A stretch of DNA of 50,467 nt from a virus (taxonomy: Duplodnaviria; Caudoviricetes), in IMG/VR virus record IMGVR_UViG_3300029821_000007, positions 1 to 50,467 of that record; one strand, given 5' to 3'. The translations under genes were made by a program, and so were the position numbers. Shown here in pieces: positions 9,684 through 17,112 of this stretch; position 1 is the first letter of the stretch; each line of letters begins with the position of its first letter. The notes beneath the pieces were generated by a model. The model searched no databases. It was not told the DNA's origin and worked only from the letters and a program-made list of their open reading frames with translations.

Positions 9684-9868
9684 TAAAACTTGTACCTCTT
9701 TATGTTCTCCTACACTCCATGCTAGTCGAACACCAATTTCACTGTCGGGGTTTCCCTACCCCTCCTCGCTAACTCACGCTCTCACCAGAGAGCTACCAGC
9801 GGAGCCCCCAAGGCTTCCGCTTAGTTAGCTAAATAGTGAAATTAAATTAACTTTACTTTAGTATGTAC

Positions 9869-9895
9869 TTAGACAACAAGAAATACCAAAAGTTC
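9869..9895 (-). promoter_or_regulatory. sigmaE/AlgU (ECF)-type promoter for the virion operon
   Basis: Minus strand reads GAACTT-ttggtatttcttgttg(16)-TCTAA; intergenic and pointing into terS. Confidence 0.7.
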
Positions 9896-9928
9896 AATTT
9901 ATTTCACTTATGGTTTCATAAATTGACA

Positions 9929-10179
9929 TACACCTGTCGTATTCTGTGGAATACTGCCTAACCGAGGTAGTGTGTACCTCGTCTAGTCCCAGGTGTAACG
10001 TACTTCCTGATGGGAGGGCAGGAGCAGACTGCCTCTATTGTATAGCCGCTCTATACGGCTAGTTGTTTCAGTCTGCCCCCTGGGTGGGTCGCCTAGATCT
10101 ACCCCCTTGATTCCCAACACTGCCTGCTAGCCTGACGCCAGGAACAAGCATGGCTTGGGCCGCTAGCCCTTTGATTTTA
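9929..10179 (+). ncRNA. Putative structured non-coding RNA or ssDNA element
   Basis: Nested helices 9929-36/9990-97, 9939-44/9949-54, 9963-69/9975-81, 10024-31/10069-76, 10043-48/10056-61, 10082-90/10096-104; terminal GGGC/GCCC hairpin plus T-rich run. Confidence 0.45.
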
Positions 10180-10274
10180 TAGCGCCGACTGATTCATGTA
10201 CCCTTGAATATCCTCGATACCCCCTCTTTTGGCCCTTGGCCCCCCCGACCTGAAAGACCCCCTCCCCCCGTCCA

Positions 10275-10293
10275 ATTGAGAATGATTCTCATT
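10275..10293. promoter_or_regulatory. Fur-box-like 7-1-7 palindrome
   Basis: TGAGAAT-G-ATTCTCA at 10277-10291 versus Fur consensus TGATAATnATTATCA. Confidence 0.5.
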
Positions 10294-10422
10294 TACTTTG
10301 AGTGGGGGTGAAGGAGGGAGCCGGGCCCATTCAACCCCTATCTATCCCATTGGAGATAGGACTAGTTCCTAGCTCCCATCTGCTATACTTCCATGTAGAG
10401 TGGTAGCTAATGGGGGTTTACA

Positions 10423-10533
10423 ATGAGCAAGCTAAGGGTGATAATGCGTAGGGTGTGGGCCTTAGAGGGGCGCAAGTTGTCAAAGCGTCAAGCTAGGTGC
10501 CTGCTAATGGCGGGCCGTGGTGGCTCGTACTAA
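10423..10533 (+). CDS. Small basic early protein (36 aa)
   Basis: MSKLRVIMRRVWALEGRKLSKRQARCLLMAGRGGSY; G-rich RBS; extended -10 TGCTATACT at 10381-10389. Confidence 0.4.
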   Translation: MSKLRVIMRRVWALEGRKLSKRQARCLLMAGRGGSY

Positions 10534-10549
10534 CTGAGGGGCTACAATC

Positions 10550-10882
10550 ATGCTTACTAACCGTTATAACGTGGTACAATTCCCCATGGCTAAGAGTGAG
10601 CCTATCGTGGAAGGGTCAACAGTGGGCATTATCCGCGATGCAGCTATTAGCGTGTACATGAAGGCACGCGAACACGGGCAGAACCCAAAAGCATGGGATG
10701 AAGCCTTAGTGCTGTTGAGTCATTATTACAACGTAACTAACAGACTGGCCCATGTAACGGGTATTCAGGGCTGGTATGACCTGCTGACGGAGCTAACCGA
10801 GCTGTATTCCCATGCTCATGTACGGGGGTTATATGCCTATCATGAAGCTGCCAAGACTACACGCGGTTGGTGTGAGTTGTAA
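10550..10882 (+). CDS. Early hypothetical protein
   Basis: 110-aa ORF with GAGG RBS. Confidence 0.6.
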   Translation: MLTNRYNVVQFPMAKSEPIVEGSTVGIIRDAAISVYMKAREHGQNPKAWDEALVLLSHYYNVTNRLAHVTGIQGWYDLLTELTELYSHAHVRGLYAYHEAAKTTRGWCEL

Positions 10883-10905
10883 GCCGTCGCGCCGGGTGCA
10901 TCACA

Positions 10906-10933
10906 TTGACATCTGGTAATAGTGGTCTATTCT
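10906..10933 (+). promoter_or_regulatory. sigma70-type early promoter
   Basis: TTGACA-N16-TATTCT upstream of the 11013 gene. Confidence 0.65.
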
Positions 10934-10970
10934 TATAGTGCGGGGGTATGGTTAACACCCCATTATTGAA

Positions 10971-10988
10971 TTGTTAACCAGTTAATAA
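10971..10988. repeat. 18-bp palindromic motif, copy 1
   Basis: TTGTTAACCAGTTAATAA. Confidence 0.75.
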
Positions 10989-11012
10989 ATCGACTGTTAA
11001 GGAGTAAGAATC

Positions 11013-11885
11013 ATGAAAAAGACAGGTGAAGTTAACGCCACCGCTCAGGCCGTGGCAGAAGTGGTCAAGACCGGCGAAGTTGTCCACCCCGTCAATCTGT
11101 CCGCCTACAAGTTTCAGGTTGACACCAAAGGCGACGGCAAACCGCTGTTCATGACGATCAGCGATCTGGTGGAGGAGATCAAGGCACTGCAAACCTTGAC
11201 CGACAAGACCAAAGCCACGGCGGAAGACCTCGCCGCGCACATGTTCGCGTTGGCCGGTGTGTGCAAGACCCCGGAAGAGTTCGATGCTGTGTGTGAGCGT
11301 ATCGTGGAACAGAACCGCTGGGGGCGTCCGCCCAAGGGCACACCCAAGGAACAGCGGCACTTGTGGGACGACATGCCTACTGCGTTCCGTATCTACAGAT
11401 CTGACATCTTCAGCGGATGGAAGAAATACAATCTCTACCCCGGCAAAAAGATCGCCGCTCAGGTGGCTGGTCCCAACGGCAAGCCGGTTCAGGGTCATAT
11501 CGAGATCAAGACCCTTTCCACCCTTCGCCGCATGAAGTTGCAGGCCAGCACGGCTGAGGAGAAGCGCCGCCAAGCGGAAGAGGCAGCAAAGAAGGCAGCC
11601 GAAGGCGGAGCGGGAGTACACGTCACGCCCGACGGCCAGCAACAGCTGGTAGAGGTAGAGGCCGCTTCTGCGTCCCTCAAGCTCGATCCTGACGCACTGG
11701 CGCTGTTCTCCAAGCTGGCCCAGCTGTATATCGACTGCCCGCCTGATCTCAAAGAGGAGATCATTACCGGCCTGAATGGTGTCTATGATGATGCAGCGGC
11801 TACGCTGGAGATCATCCAGCTGGAACAGCATGCCGCCAACATCGAACAGGACACCGCTGCACAGGCCGCAGCTAACGCCCTGTAA
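11013..11885 (+). CDS. Early hypothetical protein (290 aa), GC-rich codon usage
   Basis: AAGGAG RBS; own promoter and terminator; strong C/G bias at third codon positions. Confidence 0.85.
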   Translation: MKKTGEVNATAQAVAEVVKTGEVVHPVNLSAYKFQVDTKGDGKPLFMTISDLVEEIKALQTLTDKTKATAEDLAAHMFALAGVCKTPEEFDAVCERIVEQNRWGRPPKGTPKEQRHLWDDMPTAFRIYRSDIFSGWKKYNLYPGKKIAAQVAGPNGKPVQGHIEIKTLSTLRRMKLQASTAEEKRRQAEEAAKKAAEGGAGVHVTPDGQQQLVEVEAASASLKLDPDALALFSKLAQLYIDCPPDLKEEIITGLNGVYDDAAATLEIIQLEQHAANIEQDTAAQAAANAL

Positions 11886-11902
11886 CACCCCAGCACCAAC
11901 TT

Positions 11903-11932
11903 AGCCGCCCCGTCATGGGGCGGTTTTCTTTT
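11903..11932 (+). terminator. Rho-independent terminator
   Basis: AGCCGCCCC-gtcat-GGGGCGGTT followed by TTCTTTT. Confidence 0.85.
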
Positions 11933-11959
11933 GCCTGTCAAAATGTAGGGGATATTGTC

Positions 11960-12028
11960 ATGTGCTTTCTTATGCTATTAATCGTGATACTTGCTGTGGC
12001 CCTGTTTTATATTGTGTGGCACTTGTGA
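11960..12028 (+). CDS. Putative 22-aa membrane peptide
   Basis: MCFLMLLIVILAVALFYIVWHL; AGGGG RBS. Confidence 0.35.
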   Translation: MCFLMLLIVILAVALFYIVWHL

Positions 12029-12131
12029 TTGATAGAGAAGAAGGTGGCTGATCACCAGATGAGTTACGTAAAGCACTACGGTCATCAGCCATATAAATGC
12101 GTTTTCATAGACGCCAGAAAAAGTAAATCCC

Positions 12132-12159
12132 TTGACTTTTCAAGGATATAGGCTATACT
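12132..12159 (+). promoter_or_regulatory. sigma70-type early promoter
   Basis: TTGACT-N16-TATACT with A-rich upstream sequence. Confidence 0.7.
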
Positions 12160-12191
12160 TATACTTATAATACCGCCATAAGGGAGGGCAG

Positions 12192-12266
12192 ATGAAAGGG
12201 TTAGGACTACGGCATATTTTCGTGTTAGTTGTATTAGTGGTGCTGTTCAAATTGTTAACTAATTAA
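12192..12266 (+). CDS. Putative 24-aa membrane peptide
   Basis: MKGLGLRHIFVLVVLVVLFKLLTN; GGAGG RBS right after the promoter. Confidence 0.45.
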   Translation: MKGLGLRHIFVLVVLVVLFKLLTN

Positions 12267-12269
12267 CAA
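12252..12269. repeat. 18-bp palindromic motif, copy 2
   Basis: TTGTTAACTAATTAACAA. Confidence 0.8.
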
Positions 12270-12279
12270 ATGAGGAGGG

Positions 12280-12654
12280 ATGATGAAACCTTTCGACCTA
12301 GAACGGGCTCTCGCTGGTGATCCTGTAGTCACACGCGGTGGCAAGGAAGTACAACAGATAGTTCACCTACATGCATGCAACCGTGTTTTTAATGTGTTTG
12401 CTGTGGTCAACGGTGAAACATACACATTTAATATTGAGGGAAAATACTCTGCGGGGCATGTGTTCAAGTCCATCTGCCCGCTGGGCTCCGATATGGATCT
12501 TTTCATGGCCCCCAAGAAACGCACTGTGTGGGTTAATTTGTACCCCAAGGGAGGGGGGACGTTCTACTACTATAATGACGAACAGGCCGCTGATCGTATG
12601 GCTGGATATGATCGCATTGGTGGCAAAGCTTATCCCGTGGAAATCGAGGAATAA
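12280..12654 (+). CDS. Hypothetical phage protein
   Basis: GAGGAGG RBS; KPFDLERALAGDPVVTRGG...DLFMAPKKRTVWVNLY is a common phage hypothetical pattern. Confidence 0.75.
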   Translation: MMKPFDLERALAGDPVVTRGGKEVQQIVHLHACNRVFNVFAVVNGETYTFNIEGKYSAGHVFKSICPLGSDMDLFMAPKKRTVWVNLYPKGGGTFYYYNDEQAADRMAGYDRIGGKAYPVEIEE

Positions 12655-12665
12655 GGAGAAACATC

Positions 12666-12893
12666 ATGGCACATGCATATTTCACTGATCACGACATGGA
12701 TCACACACCGCGCAAAATCATGCGCCCCGGCAAAACCAACAAAGATCACAAATCAGGCGCGCATGCCCAGCGTCTGGTCAATCAGCAGATTCGCGCCGAC
12801 TACTACAAGGATGGATGCAAGGGTCCGTGGCCCTACTACACCTGCAACGGCAAGCGCAATCGTCAGACTTCCTCCCCCGTGGTTAAGGAGTAA
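12666..12893 (+). CDS. Hypothetical protein
   Basis: AAGGAG RBS; 75 aa, basic. Confidence 0.65.
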   Translation: MAHAYFTDHDMDHTPRKIMRPGKTNKDHKSGAHAQRLVNQQIRADYYKDGCKGPWPYYTCNGKRNRQTSSPVVKE

Positions 12894-12899
12894 TAAATC

Positions 12900-13088
12900 A
12901 TGATTACCAGATGTGCAAACAAGGGTTGCCGCAGTGCCTACCAAGATGCTCGCTATGGTATGGGCATGCGTGTTTACAACGAGAAGTTCACCAAGCAACG
13001 TATGCTCGTCGGAACCTGCACTGTGTGCGGGGTCGAGAAGCACCTGACCGGTGAGCCTACGATTAAACTCACGGCCCCGAGTAAATAG
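12900..13088 (+). CDS. Small Cys-containing (Zn-ribbon-like) protein
   Basis: CxxxxC...YQDARYG.GMRVYN...CTVCG; AAGGAG RBS. Confidence 0.7.
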   Translation: MITRCANKGCRSAYQDARYGMGMRVYNEKFTKQRMLVGTCTVCGVEKHLTGEPTIKLTAPSK

Positions 13089-13090
13089 AC

Positions 13091-13336
13091 GTGTTCTGCA
13101 AACATAAGTGGGTGGTTCTTAATACCCACATCGTACCTTCTGCTTGCGTCGTTCGGTATGGCTGGCGGGCGGCGATGGCGGTAGTTAAGGCTGTTCATAA
13201 TACGTCCGAGTTTCGTAGAACAGGGCGTTTTTATCCAGACGAGTACGCAGAGATACATCACATAGCATACGCCTGTGAGAAGTGCGGTAAGTTAAGTGTG
13301 CATAACTTACAGATAGTTGGTGATAACAGTCCATAA
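13091..13336 (+). CDS. Hypothetical protein
   Basis: CKHKW...CEKCGK motif; tightly packed ORF. Confidence 0.55.
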   Translation: MFCKHKWVVLNTHIVPSACVVRYGWRAAMAVVKAVHNTSEFRRTGRFYPDEYAEIHHIAYACEKCGKLSVHNLQIVGDNSP

Positions 13337-13345
13337 GGAGAAATC

Positions 13346-13591
13346 ATGATCCATCTAACTGCATTGGTACTGGGCTACATCGCCTTGGTGTATGGTGCCG
13401 CTGGCCTGTTGCTGGGCTTGTCGTCGGTGTTCTACCACAGAAACGAGGTGGTAGCAGAGTTCGAGAAAGAACACACCAAGGAAGACACAGAGGATATGCT
13501 TGTAGCACTGGCAATCCTCTTTTTTGTTTCTCCCGTTCTCATATGGTTCAAGGACGGAAGAGACATTCTGTATGGTGATGTGAATTGTTAA
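13346..13591 (+). CDS. Hypothetical membrane protein (2 TM)
   Basis: Two hydrophobic stretches; AAGGAG RBS. Confidence 0.65.
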   Translation: MIHLTALVLGYIALVYGAAGLLLGLSSVFYHRNEVVAEFEKEHTKEDTEDMLVALAILFFVSPVLIWFKDGRDILYGDVNC

Positions 13592-13606
13592 CAAGTTAAC
13601 AATTCA
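13581..13606. repeat. Palindromic motif, copy 3 (perfect 12-2-12 inverted repeat)
   Basis: TGAATTGTTAAC-AA-GTTAACAATTCA. Confidence 0.85.
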
Positions 13607-13618
13607 TACAGGAGCATA

Positions 13619-13695
13619 GCCCCTTTAGCTCAATTGGTTAGAGCAGAGGACTCATAATCCTTTGGTTGTTGGTTCAAGTCCAACAGGGGGCACCA
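13619..13695 (+). tRNA. tRNA with CAT anticodon, most likely tRNA-Ile2 (lysidine type) rather than Met
   Basis: Cloverleaf GCCCCTT..TAGCTCAATTGGTTAGAGC..GAGGA-CTCATAA-TCCTT..GGTTCAAGTCC..AGGGGGC-ACCA; resembles enterobacterial ileX. Confidence 0.9.
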
Positions 13696-13711
13696 AACTC
13701 AGTGGGTGACA

Positions 13712-13849
13712 ATGAGTAACTACATACACAACAGAAAGGAAGCTCTGCGATTATTGGAGAATGCACCCAGGTCCGAAGGACCCCACGTGCTGTCATGGGT
13801 AGTGGAAGCCATTAAGTTTCTACTACTCAGATATGCCAACCACGACTAA
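13712..13849 (+). CDS. Hypothetical protein (45 aa)
   Basis: Manual ORF MSNYIHNRKEALRLLENAP... fills the gap between the tRNA and the next gene. Confidence 0.4.
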   Translation: MSNYIHNRKEALRLLENAPRSEGPHVLSWVVEAIKFLLLRYANHD

Positions 13850-13860
13850 GGAGAACGATC

Positions 13861-14070
13861 ATGGCTCAAGCTATCGTCAAGAAGTCTGTAACCATTCGCT
13901 TTGCCAACCTTCCGCCACTGTTTCAGTTCATGAAAGACGGGCGTGAGTATACCAAGGTAAGCAATGCTCTGAGTGTGGATAACATCACCGGCAAGGATGC
14001 GATCTTTGCTTTGGGAGATATGATCGAGCCAACCAACAAGGCTCTCGCTACTCGCGTGCGTGGGTGGTAG
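13861..14070 (+). CDS. Hypothetical protein
   Basis: AAGGAG RBS; 69 aa. Confidence 0.65.
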   Translation: MAQAIVKKSVTIRFANLPPLFQFMKDGREYTKVSNALSVDNITGKDAIFALGDMIEPTNKALATRVRGW

Positions 14071-14333
14071 CTGTGGACGTGGAGCGCACCTATAACTACC
14101 TACTCTGCCGCGTTGAGTACCCGGCTGAAGGTGGGTACAGAATGGAGCCTTCGCCACTACCCCCATGGATTAACTTACGTATAGTTGAATCGGATAGCGA
14201 CAAGAAGTTGATTGTCCATTCACGTATCCACGTAAACAAAGAAGTGAGAGTTGGTCCCATATATAGCAATGCCTTCTCAGATAGGGATATCATTAAGGAT
14301 TTGAGTGGGGAAATATCCAGCAGGTTTTTATGA
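14064..14333 (+). CDS. Hypothetical protein
   Basis: Overlapping ORF in the early operon. Confidence 0.5.
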   Translation: MVAVDVERTYNYLLCRVEYPAEGGYRMEPSPLPPWINLRIVESDSDKKLIVHSRIHVNKEVRVGPIYSNAFSDRDIIKDLSGEISSRFL

Positions 14334-14416
14334 AGTAAAAATCATGAATAAAGACAACGCAAAAGATTATCTTCCGCTGTGGCAGCTCATTACCGAGAAG
14401 TTATCGAGGAGTAGTC

Positions 14417-14653
14417 ATGCCGTTTAGTGAATTCCAGTATTCAAAGCAAGAGCAGGCAATCATCAATATGTTGAAGGATCGCATACTGACGCAAGTATCT
14501 GTTCTTGAGAAAGCTGATCCTCCGCATGATCTACCGGCCCTCATACGACTGGAGGCATTGTGTACCACATTGCACCAGCGTATTGTGTTGGGGCATAAAG
14601 AAGTCCTCCTCCTTGAGCATGACCGTAGTGCTCATTACAACGTAGGAGAATAG
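14417..14653 (+). CDS. Hypothetical protein
   Basis: GAGGAG RBS. Confidence 0.6.
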   Translation: MPFSEFQYSKQEQAIINMLKDRILTQVSVLEKADPPHDLPALIRLEALCTTLHQRIVLGHKEVLLLEHDRSAHYNVGE

Positions 14654-14655
14654 CT

Positions 14656-14874
14656 ATGCACGCCGAAAACGCAGAATTACCAGCGTGTGCAGAATGCAAG
14701 CATTACCATATAAAAGATGATGAATACCACATATGCAACCGCCCAGTTATGAGCATAATTACTGGAGAAATATCTACAAACACTCACTTCTGCAATACGG
14801 AACGCTACACAGCAGATAGGCGCGGTGTACAGGGTAAGTTCTCCGAGCGCAAGACAGGTGAACACGATGAATGA
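14656..14874 (+). CDS. Hypothetical Cys-rich protein
   Basis: CAECKHY...C...C; AGGAG RBS. Confidence 0.6.
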   Translation: MHAENAELPACAECKHYHIKDDEYHICNRPVMSIITGEISTNTHFCNTERYTADRRGVQGKFSERKTGEHDE

Positions 14875-15352
14875 TGAAGAGTTGGAAAAGAGTATTGCGA
14901 AGATGGAAGTTGAATTGGCCTACATGAAAGAACAACTCAAACAGAGTAAGAAATGGGAACCTAAAGCTGGCAACCACTTTGTAAACATAAATGGATTGAT
15001 ATACCCTTGTCTATATCACAGATCTAGTGGGCCACGCTTGTTTGGTGTAGAGAGAGAAACTAGTGGGCCACGCTTGTTTGGTGTAGAGAGAGAAACTAGC
15101 GAGCTGGCTAATAAAGCGCGTGATCAAATGCGTGTCTTCAATCGCCTGTTGGCGTATGTCCACGAATACGCCCCTGACTACGAACCAAACTGGTCGGACA
15201 CCAGTAGTAAGTGGTATGTTTACTACACCTCTGTCGGTATTTATGAATTGGCCTCCATCGTTCACGGAAACACTTTAGGTGTTGTATATATGCCTAAACC
15301 TGTGGCATTAGCTTTAGTACAAAAATTGAACAGCGGTGAGGTTATTCTTTAG
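14867..15352 (+). CDS. Hypothetical protein
   Basis: Start MNDEELEK; RLLAYVHEYAPDYEPNWSD..KWYVYY is a common phage hypothetical pattern. Confidence 0.65.
   Translation: MNDEELEKSIAKMEVELAYMKEQLKQSKKWEPKAGNHFVNINGLIYPCLYHRSSGPRLFGVERETSGPRLFGVERETSELANKARDQMRVFNRLLAYVHEYAPDYEPNWSDTSSKWYVYYTSVGIYELASIVHGNTLGVVYMPKPVALALVQKLNSGEVIL
15024..15099 (+). repeat. Perfect 36-bp in-frame tandem duplication
   Basis: CTAGTGGGCCACGCTTGTTTGGTGTAGAGAGAGAAA twice plus CTAG; encodes SGPRLFGVERET twice. Confidence 0.95.
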
Positions 15353-15386
15353 TTAACGAGTGCCATACTGGCGCTAGGCTCCTAGT

Positions 15387-15404
15387 TTATTAACTAGTTA
15401 ACAA
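15387..15404. repeat. 18-bp palindromic motif, copy 4
   Basis: TTATTAACTAGTTAACAA. Confidence 0.75.
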
Positions 15405-15418
15405 ATCAGGGGTATTAC

Positions 15419-15649
15419 ATGAACGTGTTCTTGATCATCTTGATGATGTGTGGCGAACCTAACATAGTGATTTTTCAGAACATTTACGGGCAGCAATATG
15501 TCGCTAATTGGAGCGATGTAGAGAACAACGAGGCGCTGGCTAATGAGCTGTCCGTGGTAATGGGAATGCTTCCAGAAGACGAGGAAGGAAATAAGCTGAA
15601 CGCATTACGAATTCCCATGGAAAATTTCAACCACTCTAAGTGCATGTAA
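15419..15649 (+). CDS. Hypothetical protein with hydrophobic N-terminus
   Basis: MNVFLIILMMCG...; AGGGG RBS. Confidence 0.55.
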   Translation: MNVFLIILMMCGEPNIVIFQNIYGQQYVANWSDVENNEALANELSVVMGMLPEDEEGNKLNALRIPMENFNHSKCM

Positions 15650-15652
15650 AAA

Positions 15653-16432
15653 ATGAACATGGAACCAGAAGTATCTTTAGCGACTAAGACAAATGGTGTA
15701 TTATCCAATGTTCTAACAACTACATGTTTTGCTGGGTTTCCAGATTTAAACCTACCAGCGGAGTACGTTGTTTACTTTCCTCGCGTCAGTTGCAGTATTA
15801 CTTACGCACGTATAAATATGTTCTTAGAGATTTTACGTAATGCATTTCCTAACAATCTGATTATCCATCCCAAAGATGCTAGAGATCTTTTTGTTAATGG
15901 AGTGCAGATGGAAACGGAACTAAACGCTCGATATGTTAATGTAGTGTTTCGTACATACAGGTTATTGCAGGAACAACCAATAAGCGTGCAGTCTATAAGA
16001 CAAATTTACAATTTATTCATAAACACGTCACTGTCTAAAAAAGATGCAGCACGCATAGCAATATTTACGGGTGCCATTAATGGACCAATAGAAGAACGTT
16101 ACGATTACTCAAAAATAAAGTTAATAAAAACATTAGTGACTGGTATGCGCACTGATGGACACTGGTGGTCTGATGCTGACCTGTCGTTGCGTAAAGTGCT
16201 CTCATTTTTAATATTCGATGATCAACTAACACAAGAAAAAGGTTTGTTTGCAAAGACAGTTGCGGCAGGCGACTACTCCATAGACAACTTCATGTTTTCT
16301 AATACCAATGTAAATGAGAAATACGTAAACATTGGCTCACCAAGTGTAACTGATTTAGATGTATTTGTATCGAAGATGGAAAAAATAGTTTTAGAGTTCA
16401 GAGGAGAATACAATGGCAATAAAGCCCAGTAA
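15653..16432 (+). CDS. Hypothetical protein at the head of the amidoligase cluster
   Basis: 259-aa AT-rich ORF overlapping the next gene. Confidence 0.65.
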   Translation: MNMEPEVSLATKTNGVLSNVLTTTCFAGFPDLNLPAEYVVYFPRVSCSITYARINMFLEILRNAFPNNLIIHPKDARDLFVNGVQMETELNARYVNVVFRTYRLLQEQPISVQSIRQIYNLFINTSLSKKDAARIAIFTGAINGPIEERYDYSKIKLIKTLVTGMRTDGHWWSDADLSLRKVLSFLIFDDQLTQEKGLFAKTVAAGDYSIDNFMFSNTNVNEKYVNIGSPSVTDLDVFVSKMEKIVLEFRGEYNGNKAQ

Positions 16433-17102
16433 AGCCAAAAAAGAAAGTATTTTGGTGTTTTCAGGAAATAGCACAGCCAGTTACCGCGAATTCTTTGAGT
16501 TTCGTGGATTCAAAACAATAAGATTGGAAGACCTGACACAGCTTAACTCAGACCATGTTGTTGGTGCTGTGTTCTGCGGTGGTGCTGATGTTGATCCAAG
16601 GATGTATGGGCAACTGCCACTACAGAATGCAGATGTGTCAGCTTCTGTGTCCCAAGACAAAGCTGACTTCCAGTTGTATGAGATGGCCAAGAATCTCTCC
16701 GTGCCCATGATTGGTATATGTCGTGGACTACAATTTATCAACGTGGTCCATGGGGGCACGTTAATCCAGCATCTTAACGAACACGGTGATGGCCTGCATG
16801 AGGTGCGAGCCTACGACGGCACTGAGCATACGGTCAATTCATACCATCATCAATCTGTAATTCTCCCGAAAAATGCGCGAGCAACTACAGTGGCGTACAT
16901 ACAACACCCTCTCTCTGAAGAAGAGGATACCATTTATCAACATGATAGTGAGGAGAAACACTTCGAAGTTGAGGCAGTGTTCTACGGAAAAACAAGATCT
17001 TTAGGCGTGCAGTGGCATCCTGAAATACCTGATCACGGTGGTAACTCAAAAAGCCTGTTCTGGAATTTGTTTACCCTAACGGATATAACTATCCCTGATT
17101 AA
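16413..17102 (+). CDS. Class I glutamine amidotransferase / peptidase C26 (gamma-glutamyl hydrolase-like)
   Basis: GGADVDPRMYG, IGICRGLQFINVVHGGTLIQH, VNSYHHQ and GVQWHPE; Cys-His-Glu triad intact. Confidence 0.92.
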   Translation: MAIKPSKAKKESILVFSGNSTASYREFFEFRGFKTIRLEDLTQLNSDHVVGAVFCGGADVDPRMYGQLPLQNADVSASVSQDKADFQLYEMAKNLSVPMIGICRGLQFINVVHGGTLIQHLNEHGDGLHEVRAYDGTEHTVNSYHHQSVILPKNARATTVAYIQHPLSEEEDTIYQHDSEEKHFEVEAVFYGKTRSLGVQWHPEIPDHGGNSKSLFWNLFTLTDITIPD

Positions 17103-17112
17103 GAGGTGACTC

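Noticed and set aside
9923-9945. TTGACA at 9923 as a sigma70 -35
   Set aside because: The nearest -10-like hexamer (TATTCT) is only 11 nt away.
9929-9997. Three-way junction as a hammerhead ribozyme or tRNA
   Set aside because: Lacks the CUGANGA/GAAA core and T-loop/D-loop consensus on either strand.
10974-11888. 304-aa minus-strand ORF
   Set aside because: Mirror of the GC3-biased 11013-11885 gene, which has the promoter, RBS and terminator.
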